A stretch of DNA of 64,000 nt from Abditibacterium sp. (GTDB taxonomy: Bacteria; Armatimonadota; Abditibacteriia; Abditibacteriales; Abditibacteriaceae), in the NCBI GenBank assembly GCA_965199495.1, contig CBDASK010000003.1, positions 3,680,001-3,744,000 on the forward strand, written 5' to 3'. The notes under the pieces are model-generated. The model saw nothing but the letters and a program-made list of their open reading frames with translations, made no database searches and was not told the DNA's origin. Both the position numbers and the translations under genes were made by a program. Numbering within the stretch: position 1 is the first letter of the stretch; the number at the start of each line of letters is the position of its first letter. Below, piece by piece: positions 10,609-20,149 of this stretch.

Positions 10609-11277
10609 TCAACTTCCGTCCGATTTCTTGCAAAGATAGAAGCGGACGCCGTAGGGATAGACGCTGGGATAATACTGCTGGCCTTGTAACGACCAAAATC
10701 CAAAGAGATTGAGATTGGCGTGAATTTCTATGGGCCAACCGGTAATATGTTGTCCGACGAGACGCACGAACCAAGGCATCGAACTGGGATTGATAAGACC
10801 TTCGCCCCAAAACAAGGTTTGACCTTGGCAAATGGTGATGAAGTTGAGGTAAGTTCCGAATTGGCGGATGCAAGTTTCGGGCAACGCGCCCGGAGCTTGC
10901 GGCCCGGACGCGTTATAGCCGAACTGTGGCATCGGTGCTGGCACGCAAAATTGATCGTTGGGATTAAACCAGACACCCGTCATATCAACGCCGTTGAAGC
11001 CCTGGGTCTCTTGCACAATCCATGGCTGCTGGGACGTTTGTTCGACTGGCGCGACCGGTGGCGGAGCTGTGGGTTTGCCTTGTTCGGGGGCGGCCAGAGC
11101 TTTTTTTAAGGCTTCGAGAACAGTGCGTAAATCTTCATCCGAGGATGTTTTATCTACCCCGGACGAAAGATTTATGACGTATTGGTTGATGTCGCGCGCC
11201 GCATTGTTTTGATTGCCCGCGACGTTAGATTGTTCGTGGACGCGCTGATCTTCTTGGCCGAAGGTCGGATTGTCCAT
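10609..11277 (-). CDS. Hypothetical protein: N-terminal Q/N-rich motif, Pro-rich linker, beta-rich C-terminal domain
   Basis: ATG at 11277 overlaps the upstream TGA (TGATG); MDNPTFGQEDQRVHEQSNVAGNQNN... Confidence 0.7.
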   Translation of the reverse strand: MDNPTFGQEDQRVHEQSNVAGNQNNAARDINQYVINLSSGVDKTSSDEDLRTVLEALKKALAAPEQGKPTAPPPVAPVEQTSQQPWIVQETQGFNGVDMTGVWFNPNDQFCVPAPMPQFGYNASGPQAPGALPETCIRQFGTYLNFITICQGQTLFWGEGLINPSSMPWFVRLVGQHITGWPIEIHANLNLFGFWSLQGQQYYPSVYPYGVRFYLCKKSDGS

Positions 11278-11663
11278 CAGAGCGGGACACCTTGGACGAG
11301 TCCGTAAGTTTTGACCAACAGCGCGACGATGCCACCGACTTTTTCGATGCCTTCGAGGCAATCTTTGGCGTTGCCCAGATAATCCAGCAGCGAATGTTTG
11401 TCGGGGTCAGGCTCTTTGGCGATTTGCGCGGCTTTGGTGATGTTGTATTTTGCCTCGGTTTCAATGTCTTCGTTGATAGCGCCGTCTTGCCGCGCGTGGG
11501 CGAGTTGCCCTTTGAGGTCTTCCAAATTTTGCAACACCTCTTGCTGGACTTCACCAAAAGTCGCGTCGCCGCTCTTGATGTTTTGATTGCCCCCAATGTT
11601 TTGATTGCCGCCGATATTGTGCTGATTTTGCACTTGCTGACCCTGTTGGTTGAACGTGGACAT
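11277..11663 (-). CDS. Small protein: N-terminal Q/N/G-rich amyloid-like motif plus helical domain
   Basis: AGGAGGA RBS upstream of ATG at 11663; MSTFNQQGQQVQNQHNIGGNQNIGGNQNI followed by amphipathic helices. Confidence 0.8.
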   Translation of the reverse strand: MSTFNQQGQQVQNQHNIGGNQNIGGNQNIKSGDATFGEVQQEVLQNLEDLKGQLAHARQDGAINEDIETEAKYNITKAAQIAKEPDPDKHSLLDYLGNAKDCLEGIEKVGGIVALLVKTYGLVQGVPL

Positions 11664-11775
11664 GAAATCCTCCTGCGCGCCAGTCCGCACAAAAACAATC
11701 CGTCGAGCTAACGCGCTCTCCCACCAGTTTATAACAGTTATCGCAGTAAAAGTCAAATGAGGCATCTTCGTGGGG

Positions 11776-11945
11776 TATAGCGAATCCGAAAAGTATCGTC
11801 CTCTATGACAGCGGGGCTTGCGCCTCCTTCCAATCGGTGATATGTGAGGCTTTCCCCAGGGAAAGTAGGCGCAAGCCCCACTGCGAGTTTGGCCGTTTAA
11901 AAGGGAGATATCTTAATCAAGACAATCGCTTTCGGATTTGCTATA
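11776..11945. repeat. Composite palindromic element: TATAGC...GCTATA outer arms enclosing a family C hairpin
   Basis: tatagcgaatccgaaa / tttcggatttgctata, with inner cagcggggcttgcgcct...aggcgcaagccccactg. Confidence 0.7.
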
Positions 11946-11982
11946 TAGCGTTAAGTGAACCGCGCATGAGCTAATAGGAGCG

Positions 11983-12057
11983 CGTTATTATCGCGGCGTG
12001 TTAGCGAAATACGCCAAACAAGTTTCGAGCGCCTCGACGGGCGCAGTCACCGATTAA
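11983..12057 (+). repeat. Diverged direct copy of the last 25 codons of ilvD
   Basis: 64 of 75 nt identical to 10475-10549 by manual alignment; encodes [24 protein letters not shown]. Confidence 0.92.
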
Positions 12058-12163
12058 GCAATTTGCCAGTTCTTAACGTCTGCATGAGGAAAAGTAAAAC
12101 CAGAAACAAAAAAGCGAACCGGAGAAATCCGGTTCGCTTTTCTATTTTTTACGTTCGCAACGT

Positions 12164-13039
12164 TTACGCGATGATAAACGGTGCGACGCGCTTTTGCACT
12201 TCGGGCACTTCGAGCGCGATTTCCATCGCTGTTGGCGAGGGATTCATGTTATTCATGAACCGAATAACGCTGGTGTGGCGGGTTTCGATGCCATAAATTG
12301 AAGCGGCAAATTTCAGCGCATCCACGCTATCGAGCTTGGGGGCGGCACCTAAATAAGCGCCAACGCCGGTCTCTTCAAACGTTCCGGCCAGCGTCAAAAA
12401 CGCGACTTGCGAAACGTAAACATTCGCGGGAAATTGGAAGTTCGGTTTGGCAACGGGCGTGCCGTTGGCGCGACCAATGACATCCAAAATCGCCGTGACG
12501 TGGGCCGCTTCGTCGTCGGCGATGCCCTGCGTGATTTTGGCGACGGCGGGCGACAAGTAAGCGCGCGTGTTATTGGCTTCGACAATGCTGGCGTAGAAAG
12601 TCGCTTCCAAATATTCCAGTCCCAACGCGAAGTTGAGAATGTCGGCGTCGCTGGCGGAGGCGTGTTTGCCCGCGCCGGGAATCGTCAGGGCCGGATTGTT
12701 CGGGTTGATTTTGGTGCTGGGAACATTAGAATTGCTCTCAACGGCCTGATCGGCTGTGGGGGCGGGCGGCGGCGTATCCATTGCCATTTTGTCGTTCTGG
12801 CCCATGATCATCATGCCGTCCATCATTTTGCCATCATTCATCATTCCATCGTTCATCATGGTACCATCTTTCGCCATCGTGCCGTCTTTCGCCATCGAAC
12901 CATCTTGCGCCTGAGCGCGCGTGGCGGCGGTGGCTGTTGCGGCGAGGCCGACCATGAAAGCGGCATGTTTGAGCCAATCGCGGCGCGAAGTGTCGCGGGC
13001 GGTGGCATTAAGTTGCGTGCTATTGAGTGATTTGTTCAT
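12164..13039 (-). CDS. Ferritin-like domain protein with Tat-like signal and Met-rich repeat
   Basis: SRRDWLK Tat-like motif; DILNFALGLEYLEATFY, DEAAHV, FEETGVGAYLGA, IETRH four-helix E/ExxH pattern. Confidence 0.88.
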   Translation of the reverse strand: MNKSLNSTQLNATARDTSRRDWLKHAAFMVGLAATATAATRAQAQDGSMAKDGTMAKDGTMMNDGMMNDGKMMDGMMIMGQNDKMAMDTPPPAPTADQAVESNSNVPSTKINPNNPALTIPGAGKHASASDADILNFALGLEYLEATFYASIVEANNTRAYLSPAVAKITQGIADDEAAHVTAILDVIGRANGTPVAKPNFQFPANVYVSQVAFLTLAGTFEETGVGAYLGAAPKLDSVDALKFAASIYGIETRHTSVIRFMNNMNPSPTAMEIALEVPEVQKRVAPFIIA

Positions 13040-13755
13040 CGAGGTGCGCCTCCCTTGAAGCCGTATTTGGCCAATTTGTAACCGGTGGTCTGTGCGCCAT
13101 AAGCGCCTTCAAACGGCGCGGTGCTGGGCTTGAGACCAACGACCTGACGCAAAACTGCGGCATGACGGCCTTCAATTCCAGCGATGGCGGCGGCGGTCGA
13201 AAGCAACTTTTTGTTGCGCACGATGCCAACGGCTCCGTGATAGCCGAACAAAACGGTTTCTTTCACATCCAATGCGGTATTCAAAATGTCCTCGCGCGTG
13301 CTGAGGCTGGGATATTTGAACGCGCGCGGACGGCGCGAAGCGAAAGTATTAAGCGTCTCCGATTCGCCCGCGTCTTTATAGCCGAACGCGTCGCGCGCGG
13401 CATTCAAGATTTGATAATGCTCGGCGTCCTGCGAAGCCATCAACGTGATGATGTTGCGTTCTTGTCCGGTTAGCGAAGCGTAACCTTTGCTGCGCGTGAG
13501 GCGAGTGTAGATGTCTTGTTCCAACTCTTCCATTTCAAACGCGAAGTTCAAAACAATGGAATCGAGGTAGAAAAGTTTGCCGATTTTGGCGACCAAGTCG
13601 GCGCGCGCGGGGTTAAAGAGCGCCGAGGCGATAGTCACGCCGCAAGTCGCCGTCGCCATCGTGAGCAGTTGCCGACGCGTTGCCGACATACTTTCGAGCG
13701 GTGCGACGATGCGACGTTCCAGCGAGGGCGCCACTTCTTCATTTGGGTTCGTCAT
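13036..13755 (-). CDS. Ferritin-like domain protein with Tat-like signal
   Basis: TRRQLL; VLNFAFEMEELEQDIY, QDAEH, IAGIEGRHAAVLR; ATGA overlap with the next gene. Confidence 0.82.
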   Translation of the reverse strand: MTNPNEEVAPSLERRIVAPLESMSATRRQLLTMATATCGVTIASALFNPARADLVAKIGKLFYLDSIVLNFAFEMEELEQDIYTRLTRSKGYASLTGQERNIITLMASQDAEHYQILNAARDAFGYKDAGESETLNTFASRRPRAFKYPSLSTREDILNTALDVKETVLFGYHGAVGIVRNKKLLSTAAAIAGIEGRHAAVLRQVVGLKPSTAPFEGAYGAQTTGYKLAKYGFKGGAPR

Positions 13756-13949
13756 AGAATTAAATGTCTCCTTGGGGATTAAGCTGCCTTCAAACGCCCA
13801 GTCCAGTTAAAGAGGGGGCAACAAAGCAATTCTGACGTTATCTTCGCAGCTATAGTAATTAAAAAGCAAGCCGGATGCCAGTCAGCGTATTCGTGTCTTG
13901 CTTTTCGCATTTAATGACCTTCCTTGTTGCTTGGAGTGTCATTATAAAA

Positions 13950-14130
13950 TAAGAGTTACGCAGTTGGGTGCGCTTGTCATGGGTGCGCAGTGAGGAAAGA
14001 GCGAAGTCGAAGAATCCATGACCTAATGGCAGTGACGAAAGCGAAATTAACGTGCAACCGTTGGATTCTTCGACTTCGTTCGTGCCTCACTGCGCACCCA
14101 TGACAAGCGCACCCAGCTGCGTAACTCTTA
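13950..14130. repeat. Long palindromic element related to family D, with TAAGAGTTACGCAG ends
   Basis: Imperfect arms of about 68 bp; shares TTCGTGCCTCACT...ATGAC with 5447-5656. Confidence 0.85.
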
Positions 14131-14209
14131 TAAAAAAACAGTGCAAAAAGAAAAGCAGGAATTACGAAAAACACGCAATTCCTGCTTTGAGATTTTTCCA
14201 ATTGATATT

Positions 14210-16186
14210 TTAAGAACGCGCGGCAACTTTCACATCGCCTGATTGCTGTAAAAATTGGACGAACTTGGCCGGATCGCGCTCTAATCCTTCCAACGGTTGT
14301 CCTTTGACTTCGCCATCGGGCGTGACAACCGCATACATCGGAATGGCGACGGTGCCGAATTTCTGCTGCTGATACGCGTTGAACTTGCGCGATTTTTCGT
14401 CCGAGCCATCGGTAAACAATTTCACGGTGACGAAATCGCTCAGCGCCTGTTTCACGTCGGGATGGGGCAAAACGTTGTTTTCCATCAGGCGGCAATTGGT
14501 GCAGGCGTAACCGGTGAAATCAATCAAAATCGGTTTGCCCTCGCTTTTGGCCTGCGCGCGGGCTTTGTCCAAATCGTTTTCGATCCACGCCGAAGCGATT
14601 TTTTGTTGGGCGCCATAATCGCGCGGCGGCAAATACGCATCCAAATCGTGCAGCGAAACACCGTTGTTCGCCGCCAGCAACCAACCAGCCACGCCGAGCG
14701 TTGCCAAGCCCAAAACGGTGCGGCCCGGCCCCAGTTTTTGGGTGGACGCATCGCCCGGCAAGCGCACCAAACGCAGCAAATATAGCGCGGCAAAGATGGC
14801 GATGGTGAACCAGATCGCCAAAAATATCGGGCGCGTCAACAATCCGAGTTGCAGCGAATAATCGGCGACCTGCAAGAATTTGAGCGCTGCCGCCAACTCC
14901 AAAAATCCCATGAACGCCTTGACCGAAACCAGCCATTGCCCCGAACGCGGCAAGTTGGCGAGATAACTCGGAAACAGCGCCAGCAAGAAAAACGGGAGGG
15001 CGAACGCCGTCGAAAATGCCAGCATTCCAAGCGCCGGATAAAGCGGCCCCGCCGTGGCTGCTGAAACCAACGTGGTGCCCACGAATGGCACGGTGCAGGT
15101 AAACGATGTGAGCGTGAACGCGAAACCCATCAAAAGCGGCGCGACGATGCCGGTTTTTTTGCCTTTGGGCTGCACCCGATTCAAAATGCTCGACGGCACC
15201 ACGATTTCAAAAACGCCGAACAGATTAAAAGCCAACACGATAAATAGCGTGGCGAGGGCGAGGTTGACAAACGGGTTAGCGGCGAACAGCGACAGGCCCG
15301 CCGCGCCAAACAAAACCGAAACCGCTACGCCAATTAAAGTAAAAGTCCCGATGATGCCGCCGCAATAAGCGAGCGGCCCGACGAGACGGCTGCCCTCGGT
15401 CTGCTTGGAAAACAGCGAGACCGTGATCGGAATCATCGGAAAAACGCACGGCGTGAGAATCGCCAACAGTCCGGCGCCAAACGCCAGAGCAATAAACGAG
15501 AAAATGTTGGGCGCCGCCGTTTTGCCCGCCGTCGTCGCGCCGTTTGTCCCAGCCACGCCGTTGCCGCCATTGGGCGAAGCCGAATTTGCGATGGGCGCGA
15601 TGGCTTTTTCGTCTTTCTTGGCACCGGTTTCGGGCGCATTCGCTTCCTGCGTTACGGTTTGCGGCGGCACGCTCGCGTCGGGCTTGACTTTATCGGCCCG
15701 CGCCGCGCCCACCGCGACGGTGAACGCAATCGGCACTTCGACGGTTTTGGGCGGCAGACAAACGCGCGAGTTGCACGCTTGAAAGCGCGCTTTCACCGTC
15801 GCTTTGGCCGCGCCACTGGCGTCGGCTTTGACGACGACTGGCAAACCGAAACTCACACCTTTCTTATAAGATTGCGTTTCCATTTGGAAACCCTCGTCCA
15901 TGTGAACGAACGGTTTCGGTTGCGCGATTGCGCCTTTGATTTCGAGCGCGCCACCGTCGGCGAGCGTGATTTTCGTCGGGTTGGGGCCGCCGGGTGGCGT
16001 CGTGGGCGCGTAAATATACCAGCCGTCTTCGATGGTCGCGCTGACGACGACGTGCCCGCCTTCACCGGCGCGCAAATCTTTGGGCGCCAGTTCGGCTTTC
16101 CATGTGACGGGATTTTGCGCGTGCGCGAGCAGGGGCGCGCCGAAAACGCCGACGAGCAGGGCAAGCAATAAACGAAATTTGGGCAT
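14210..16186 (-). CDS. dsbD: Thiol:disulfide interchange protein DsbD (alpha, transmembrane and thioredoxin domains)
   Basis: QACNSRVCLPP, LTPCVFPMIP, SFTCTVP, and DFTGYACTNCRLME (CxxC). Confidence 0.92.
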   Translation of the reverse strand: MPKFRLLLALLVGVFGAPLLAHAQNPVTWKAELAPKDLRAGEGGHVVVSATIEDGWYIYAPTTPPGGPNPTKITLADGGALEIKGAIAQPKPFVHMDEGFQMETQSYKKGVSFGLPVVVKADASGAAKATVKARFQACNSRVCLPPKTVEVPIAFTVAVGAARADKVKPDASVPPQTVTQEANAPETGAKKDEKAIAPIANSASPNGGNGVAGTNGATTAGKTAAPNIFSFIALAFGAGLLAILTPCVFPMIPITVSLFSKQTEGSRLVGPLAYCGGIIGTFTLIGVAVSVLFGAAGLSLFAANPFVNLALATLFIVLAFNLFGVFEIVVPSSILNRVQPKGKKTGIVAPLLMGFAFTLTSFTCTVPFVGTTLVSAATAGPLYPALGMLAFSTAFALPFFLLALFPSYLANLPRSGQWLVSVKAFMGFLELAAALKFLQVADYSLQLGLLTRPIFLAIWFTIAIFAALYLLRLVRLPGDASTQKLGPGRTVLGLATLGVAGWLLAANNGVSLHDLDAYLPPRDYGAQQKIASAWIENDLDKARAQAKSEGKPILIDFTGYACTNCRLMENNVLPHPDVKQALSDFVTVKLFTDGSDEKSRKFNAYQQQKFGTVAIPMYAVVTPDGEVKGQPLEGLERDPAKFVQFLQQSGDVKVAARS

Positions 16187-16349
16187 TATGAGCAATCAAT
16201 GGTTGGACGCCGGATAAAGTTCCCCGTCGCCGATGTTTTCGGTTGCCTTTATCGTTTGCTGTCATTTTGTGAAGCAAATTCACTGCATCATCTCAAAAAT
16301 AAAGCGGGGCGAACGTGATGTTCGCCCCGCTTTATTTGGACTCAACTAC

Positions 16350-17372
16350 TTAACTGGTGCGACTATGACGGAAGCGGTCGAGCGCGACAGCGGAGATGAT
16401 GATGGCGCCCGTGGCGATTTCCTGCACCCAGTTGGAAAGCCCGACTTTGGTGCAACCGTTGGCGACTGTCGTCATAATCAGAGCGCCGACCAGGGTGCCG
16501 AAAATCGAACCCTGCCCACCATTGAGGCTGGCGCCGCCGATAACCACGGCGGCGATAATATCCAGTTCGGCGCCGTTGGTCGTCGTCGGATCGCCCAGCG
16601 TCAGATAGGAGAATTGCAGCACACCCGCCAACCCGACAAACGCGGTCGCCAGCATATAAATCGCCAGCTTAGTCATGTTGACCGAAACGCCGCACAGGCG
16701 AGCGGTCTGTTCGTTGGAGCCGATGGCGAAGATGTGGCGGCCAAATCGCGTATAACGCAGCATCGCCGCGACGAGCGCGGCCATGATCAGCATCAGCCAC
16801 ACGCCAGGTGGAAAAACCAGCCATTTCAGGTGGCCCGCTGGCGGCACCAGCAAACCGTTGATCCAGGTTTCGGGCGCTTGTACCGGCTGGTCGTCGGCCA
16901 AACCTTTGGCCAATCCGCGCAGAGCGCCCCACATCCCCAGCGTCACGATGAAGGGCGATAAATTCAGTCGCGTAATCAAAAGGCCAATAACCAAACCGCA
17001 CAACGCGCTGGTTAGGATGCCGCCCGCGATGGCGACGAGGGGCGGAGCGCCCTGGGCCAGCAAAAGCGCGATGGCAACTGTTGACAGCGCGATATTGGAA
17101 CCGACGCTTAGGTCAATGCCGCCCGAAACGATGATCATCGTCATGCCCAGCGCCGCGAGCGCTACGACCGAAGTTTGCAGCAGAATAATCTGCGCGTTGC
17201 TCAGCGTTAAAAATGTTTCGGGACGAAGAATGGCGAACAGACCGAAGACGAACGCCAGACCGAGAATCGGCCCCAGCTTATTGAGCAGAACGCGAACATC
17301 GGGCCGCGCGCGCTGTTCGGTTGTGGCACCAGAAACCGCTTCGGCGCCTGGAGTATGAGTGACAGGAGTCAT
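16350..17372 (-). CDS. Monosaccharide ABC transporter permease (RbsC-like)
   Basis: GGIDLSVGS, TRFGRHIFAIGSNEQTARLCG, ELDIIAAVVIGGASL. Confidence 0.95.
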   Translation of the reverse strand: MTPVTHTPGAEAVSGATTEQRARPDVRVLLNKLGPILGLAFVFGLFAILRPETFLTLSNAQIILLQTSVVALAALGMTMIIVSGGIDLSVGSNIALSTVAIALLLAQGAPPLVAIAGGILTSALCGLVIGLLITRLNLSPFIVTLGMWGALRGLAKGLADDQPVQAPETWINGLLVPPAGHLKWLVFPPGVWLMLIMAALVAAMLRYTRFGRHIFAIGSNEQTARLCGVSVNMTKLAIYMLATAFVGLAGVLQFSYLTLGDPTTTNGAELDIIAAVVIGGASLNGGQGSIFGTLVGALIMTTVANGCTKVGLSNWVQEIATGAIIISAVALDRFRHSRTS

Positions 17373-17444
17373 AATGAATATGGGAAGCAAGTCAAGTTTA
17401 ACTTCTCTTTGGATGTGGTTGCGCGACTATTTGACGTGCAACCG

Positions 17445-17521
17445 AACCCGCAGCGCAAGCGACGTGGCTGGGTTTAAGCGCTGACATATTTCAGCCCAGC
17501 CACATCGCTTGCGCTGCGGTT
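17445..17521. repeat. Family A palindrome inside the ABC operon
   Basis: aacccgcagcgcaagcgacgtggctggg ... cccagccacatcgcttgcgctgcggtt. Confidence 0.8.
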
Positions 17522-17567
17522 GCTTAATTAAGCGAGCGAAGTTTGGAGCGCTTTCACCTTTACAAAC

Positions 17568-19043
17568 CTACTCAACCGCGCCCGTCGCCTCGATCATAAT
17601 GGAGTGTTCGGTGACTTGGCTGACGGGCAGGGCTTCGCTCAGGCGCCCGCGATTCATGACCGCGATTTCGTCGCAGGTGCCCAGCAGTTCGGGCAGATAG
17701 CTCGAAACCATCAGAATCGCTTTGCCACTGAGCGCCAGTTCGTCAATCACGCGATAAATCTGCGCTTTGGAGCCAACGTCAATGCCGCGCGTGGGTTCGT
17801 CCAACAGCAACACGTCGGCGCCATGATAAAGCAAGCGCGCGATGGCGACTTTCTGTTGGTTGCCGCCGCTCAGCGCGCCGATTTCTTGCGCCACCGACGC
17901 GCATTTGACGCTCAAATCTTTGGCGAACTTGGTCGCGGTTTGCTGGCGCGCCAACGGGTTGAAAAACATCGGGATTTTGGTCATAGTCAGGTTTTCGGCG
18001 ATGGAAAGTTCGAGCGCCAAACCCTCGATTTTGCGATCTTCACTGACCATGCCCACGCCCTGATCCCAACGCTGCGCCGGGCTGGCGGCGCCCGAATACT
18101 CGCCGACTTTGATTTCGCCCGATTTCACCGCGTCGAGGCCAAAAATCACGCGCATCAATTCGGTGCGCCCGGCGCCAACCAAACCCGCGATGCCGGTGAC
18201 GTGGCCGCGTCGAAGTTTCAAACTGGCGCCTTTGGGTTTCCCATCGGGGCCGCTTAATCCGTTGATTTCCAGCACGACTTCGCCCGCTTTGCGCTCGGAG
18301 CGCGGATATAAGTCAGCCACATCGCGCCCGACCATCAGCGCGATAATATCGCTGGGCTGCGCCTGTGCCGTGACGCCGCCGCCCACGCTTTTGCCATCGC
18401 GCAGCACGGTGAAGCGGTCAGACAACTCCATGACCTCTTCCAGAAAGTGCGAGATGTAAACGATGGCGTGCCCGCTCGCGCGCAGACGATTAACCAGAGC
18501 GAATAATCGGCGGATGTCCGATTGCGTCAGGCTCGATGTTGGTTCGTCGAAGACCAAAACGCGACTGCCCAACGCGACCGCGCGCGCGATTTCGACCAAT
18601 TGGCGCTCGGCCACGCTCAGTTCGGCGACGATGGTTTCGGGGGCGACATGGCTCAATCCGACCTCTTCCAACGCGGCCAATGCGCTTTGGCGCAAAGTTT
18701 TGAGGTCGAGCAACGGCCCGCGCGTCGGCTCCAATCCGAGCAAAATGTTCTCGGCGACGGTCATGTGAGGAGCCAGCGAGAGTTCTTGATAGATCATCGC
18801 GACGCCACTTTTGCGGGCGTCGAGCGGCGAGCGCGGAGCGTAGGGTTTTCCATCGAGCAACATTTCGCCCGAATCGGGCGCGTGCGCCCCACTGAGAACT
18901 TTCATCAGCGTGGATTTGCCCGCGCCGTTTTCGCCAACCAAAGCCAAAACCTCGCCCGCCGCGACTTCCAAATCAACGCCGTCAAGCGCCAGCGTCGCGC
19001 CGAATCGCTTGCGAATATCGCGCATTTGCAGAAGAGATGTCAT
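17568..19043 (-). CDS. Monosaccharide ABC transporter ATP-binding protein (RbsA-like, two ABC domains)
   Basis: GENGAGKST, FDEPT, LSGGNQQKV, LLDEPTRGIDVG. Confidence 0.96.
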   Translation of the reverse strand: MTSLLQMRDIRKRFGATLALDGVDLEVAAGEVLALVGENGAGKSTLMKVLSGAHAPDSGEMLLDGKPYAPRSPLDARKSGVAMIYQELSLAPHMTVAENILLGLEPTRGPLLDLKTLRQSALAALEEVGLSHVAPETIVAELSVAERQLVEIARAVALGSRVLVFDEPTSSLTQSDIRRLFALVNRLRASGHAIVYISHFLEEVMELSDRFTVLRDGKSVGGGVTAQAQPSDIIALMVGRDVADLYPRSERKAGEVVLEINGLSGPDGKPKGASLKLRRGHVTGIAGLVGAGRTELMRVIFGLDAVKSGEIKVGEYSGAASPAQRWDQGVGMVSEDRKIEGLALELSIAENLTMTKIPMFFNPLARQQTATKFAKDLSVKCASVAQEIGALSGGNQQKVAIARLLYHGADVLLLDEPTRGIDVGSKAQIYRVIDELALSGKAILMVSSYLPELLGTCDEIAVMNRGRLSEALPVSQVTEHSIMIEATGAVE

Positions 19044-19143
19044 GTTTGGGAGTGATTTTACTTGCGAAATTGTTAAAGCCGTTGCGATACCGATTTGTCG
19101 TGTCTAACTTAAACACGACAAATCGGTATCCCAGCGGCTGATA

Positions 19144-20133
19144 CTAACCCAGAATCTCTTTGATTTTCGGGGTGTCCATATTGGCTTTGTCAACCAAGGC
19201 AACGCCGGTGTCCATCATCGGCGCGACCTTTTCGCCCTTGGCAGCAGCCACGGCGGCTTTGACGCCTTCGTAGCCCATCTTGGTTGGGTTCTGCACAACT
19301 AACGCCTGAATCTGACCCTTCGTCAAGCCTTCCATCAACTGCGGCGACGCATCGAATCCGACGAACTTTTTCTTGCCATCCAAACCGAGTTGTGTCAGCG
19401 CCAACAGCATACCCGCCGTGCTCGACTCGTTGGGCGTGAAAATGCCGTCGCACTCGCGGATTTTGTCGGCCATGTTGAGCGCCGAATCTTTGCCCTCGCC
19501 CATCGTCGCGCCGCTATAACGGTTGTCCACGATGATCTTGATGCCCGGATATTTCTTGATGGCATCCTCGAAACCGCGCTCGCGTGCCATCGTGGAGGCG
19601 CTGCCTTCCTGATAGCGCATCAACACGACTTTGCCTTTATCGTTCAGTTCCTTGGCCAGACGCTCGCCGCCCAGCATTCCGCCTTTGTAGTTATCGGTCG
19701 AAACCGTCGAAACGAAGTCCTTCGGCGCCTTGGCGTCTTTCAGGCTGGAGTCAATAATAACAACCGGGATATTTTTCGCGGTCGCGGCTTTGACCGGGCG
19801 TTCCAACGCGACATCATCGAGCGGCGCCAGCACGATGCCGCCGATGCCTTCGCTGGTGAACTGGTCAACGATTTTGATCTGGTCGGCGCGGTCGGATTCC
19901 TTGAGCGGGCCTTTGAAGTTGATGTTGACGCCCAACTCTTTGCCCGCTTTATTGGCGCCCGCCTGCACCGACTTCCAGTAGACGTGGGTGGTGCCTTTGG
20001 GAATGACGGCGATGGTCATCTCCCCCGGCTTATCGGCGATGGGAGCCGAAGTTTGAGTGGCCGCTTTGTTACAACCTGCGAGTCCGATGAGGGCTACGCT
20101 CAGGGCGAGTCCGAATTTGAAATGTGTTTTCAT
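19144..20133 (-). CDS. Sugar ABC transporter substrate-binding lipoprotein
   Basis: Lipobox LAGC; IAVIPKGTTHVYW; TDNYKGG; VGFD; VQNPTKMGY. Confidence 0.93.
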   Translation of the reverse strand: MKTHFKFGLALSVALIGLAGCNKAATQTSAPIADKPGEMTIAVIPKGTTHVYWKSVQAGANKAGKELGVNINFKGPLKESDRADQIKIVDQFTSEGIGGIVLAPLDDVALERPVKAATAKNIPVVIIDSSLKDAKAPKDFVSTVSTDNYKGGMLGGERLAKELNDKGKVVLMRYQEGSASTMARERGFEDAIKKYPGIKIIVDNRYSGATMGEGKDSALNMADKIRECDGIFTPNESSTAGMLLALTQLGLDGKKKFVGFDASPQLMEGLTKGQIQALVVQNPTKMGYEGVKAAVAAAKGEKVAPMMDTGVALVDKANMDTPKIKEILG

Positions 20134-20149
20134 GTGTGTTGATGCCGTT

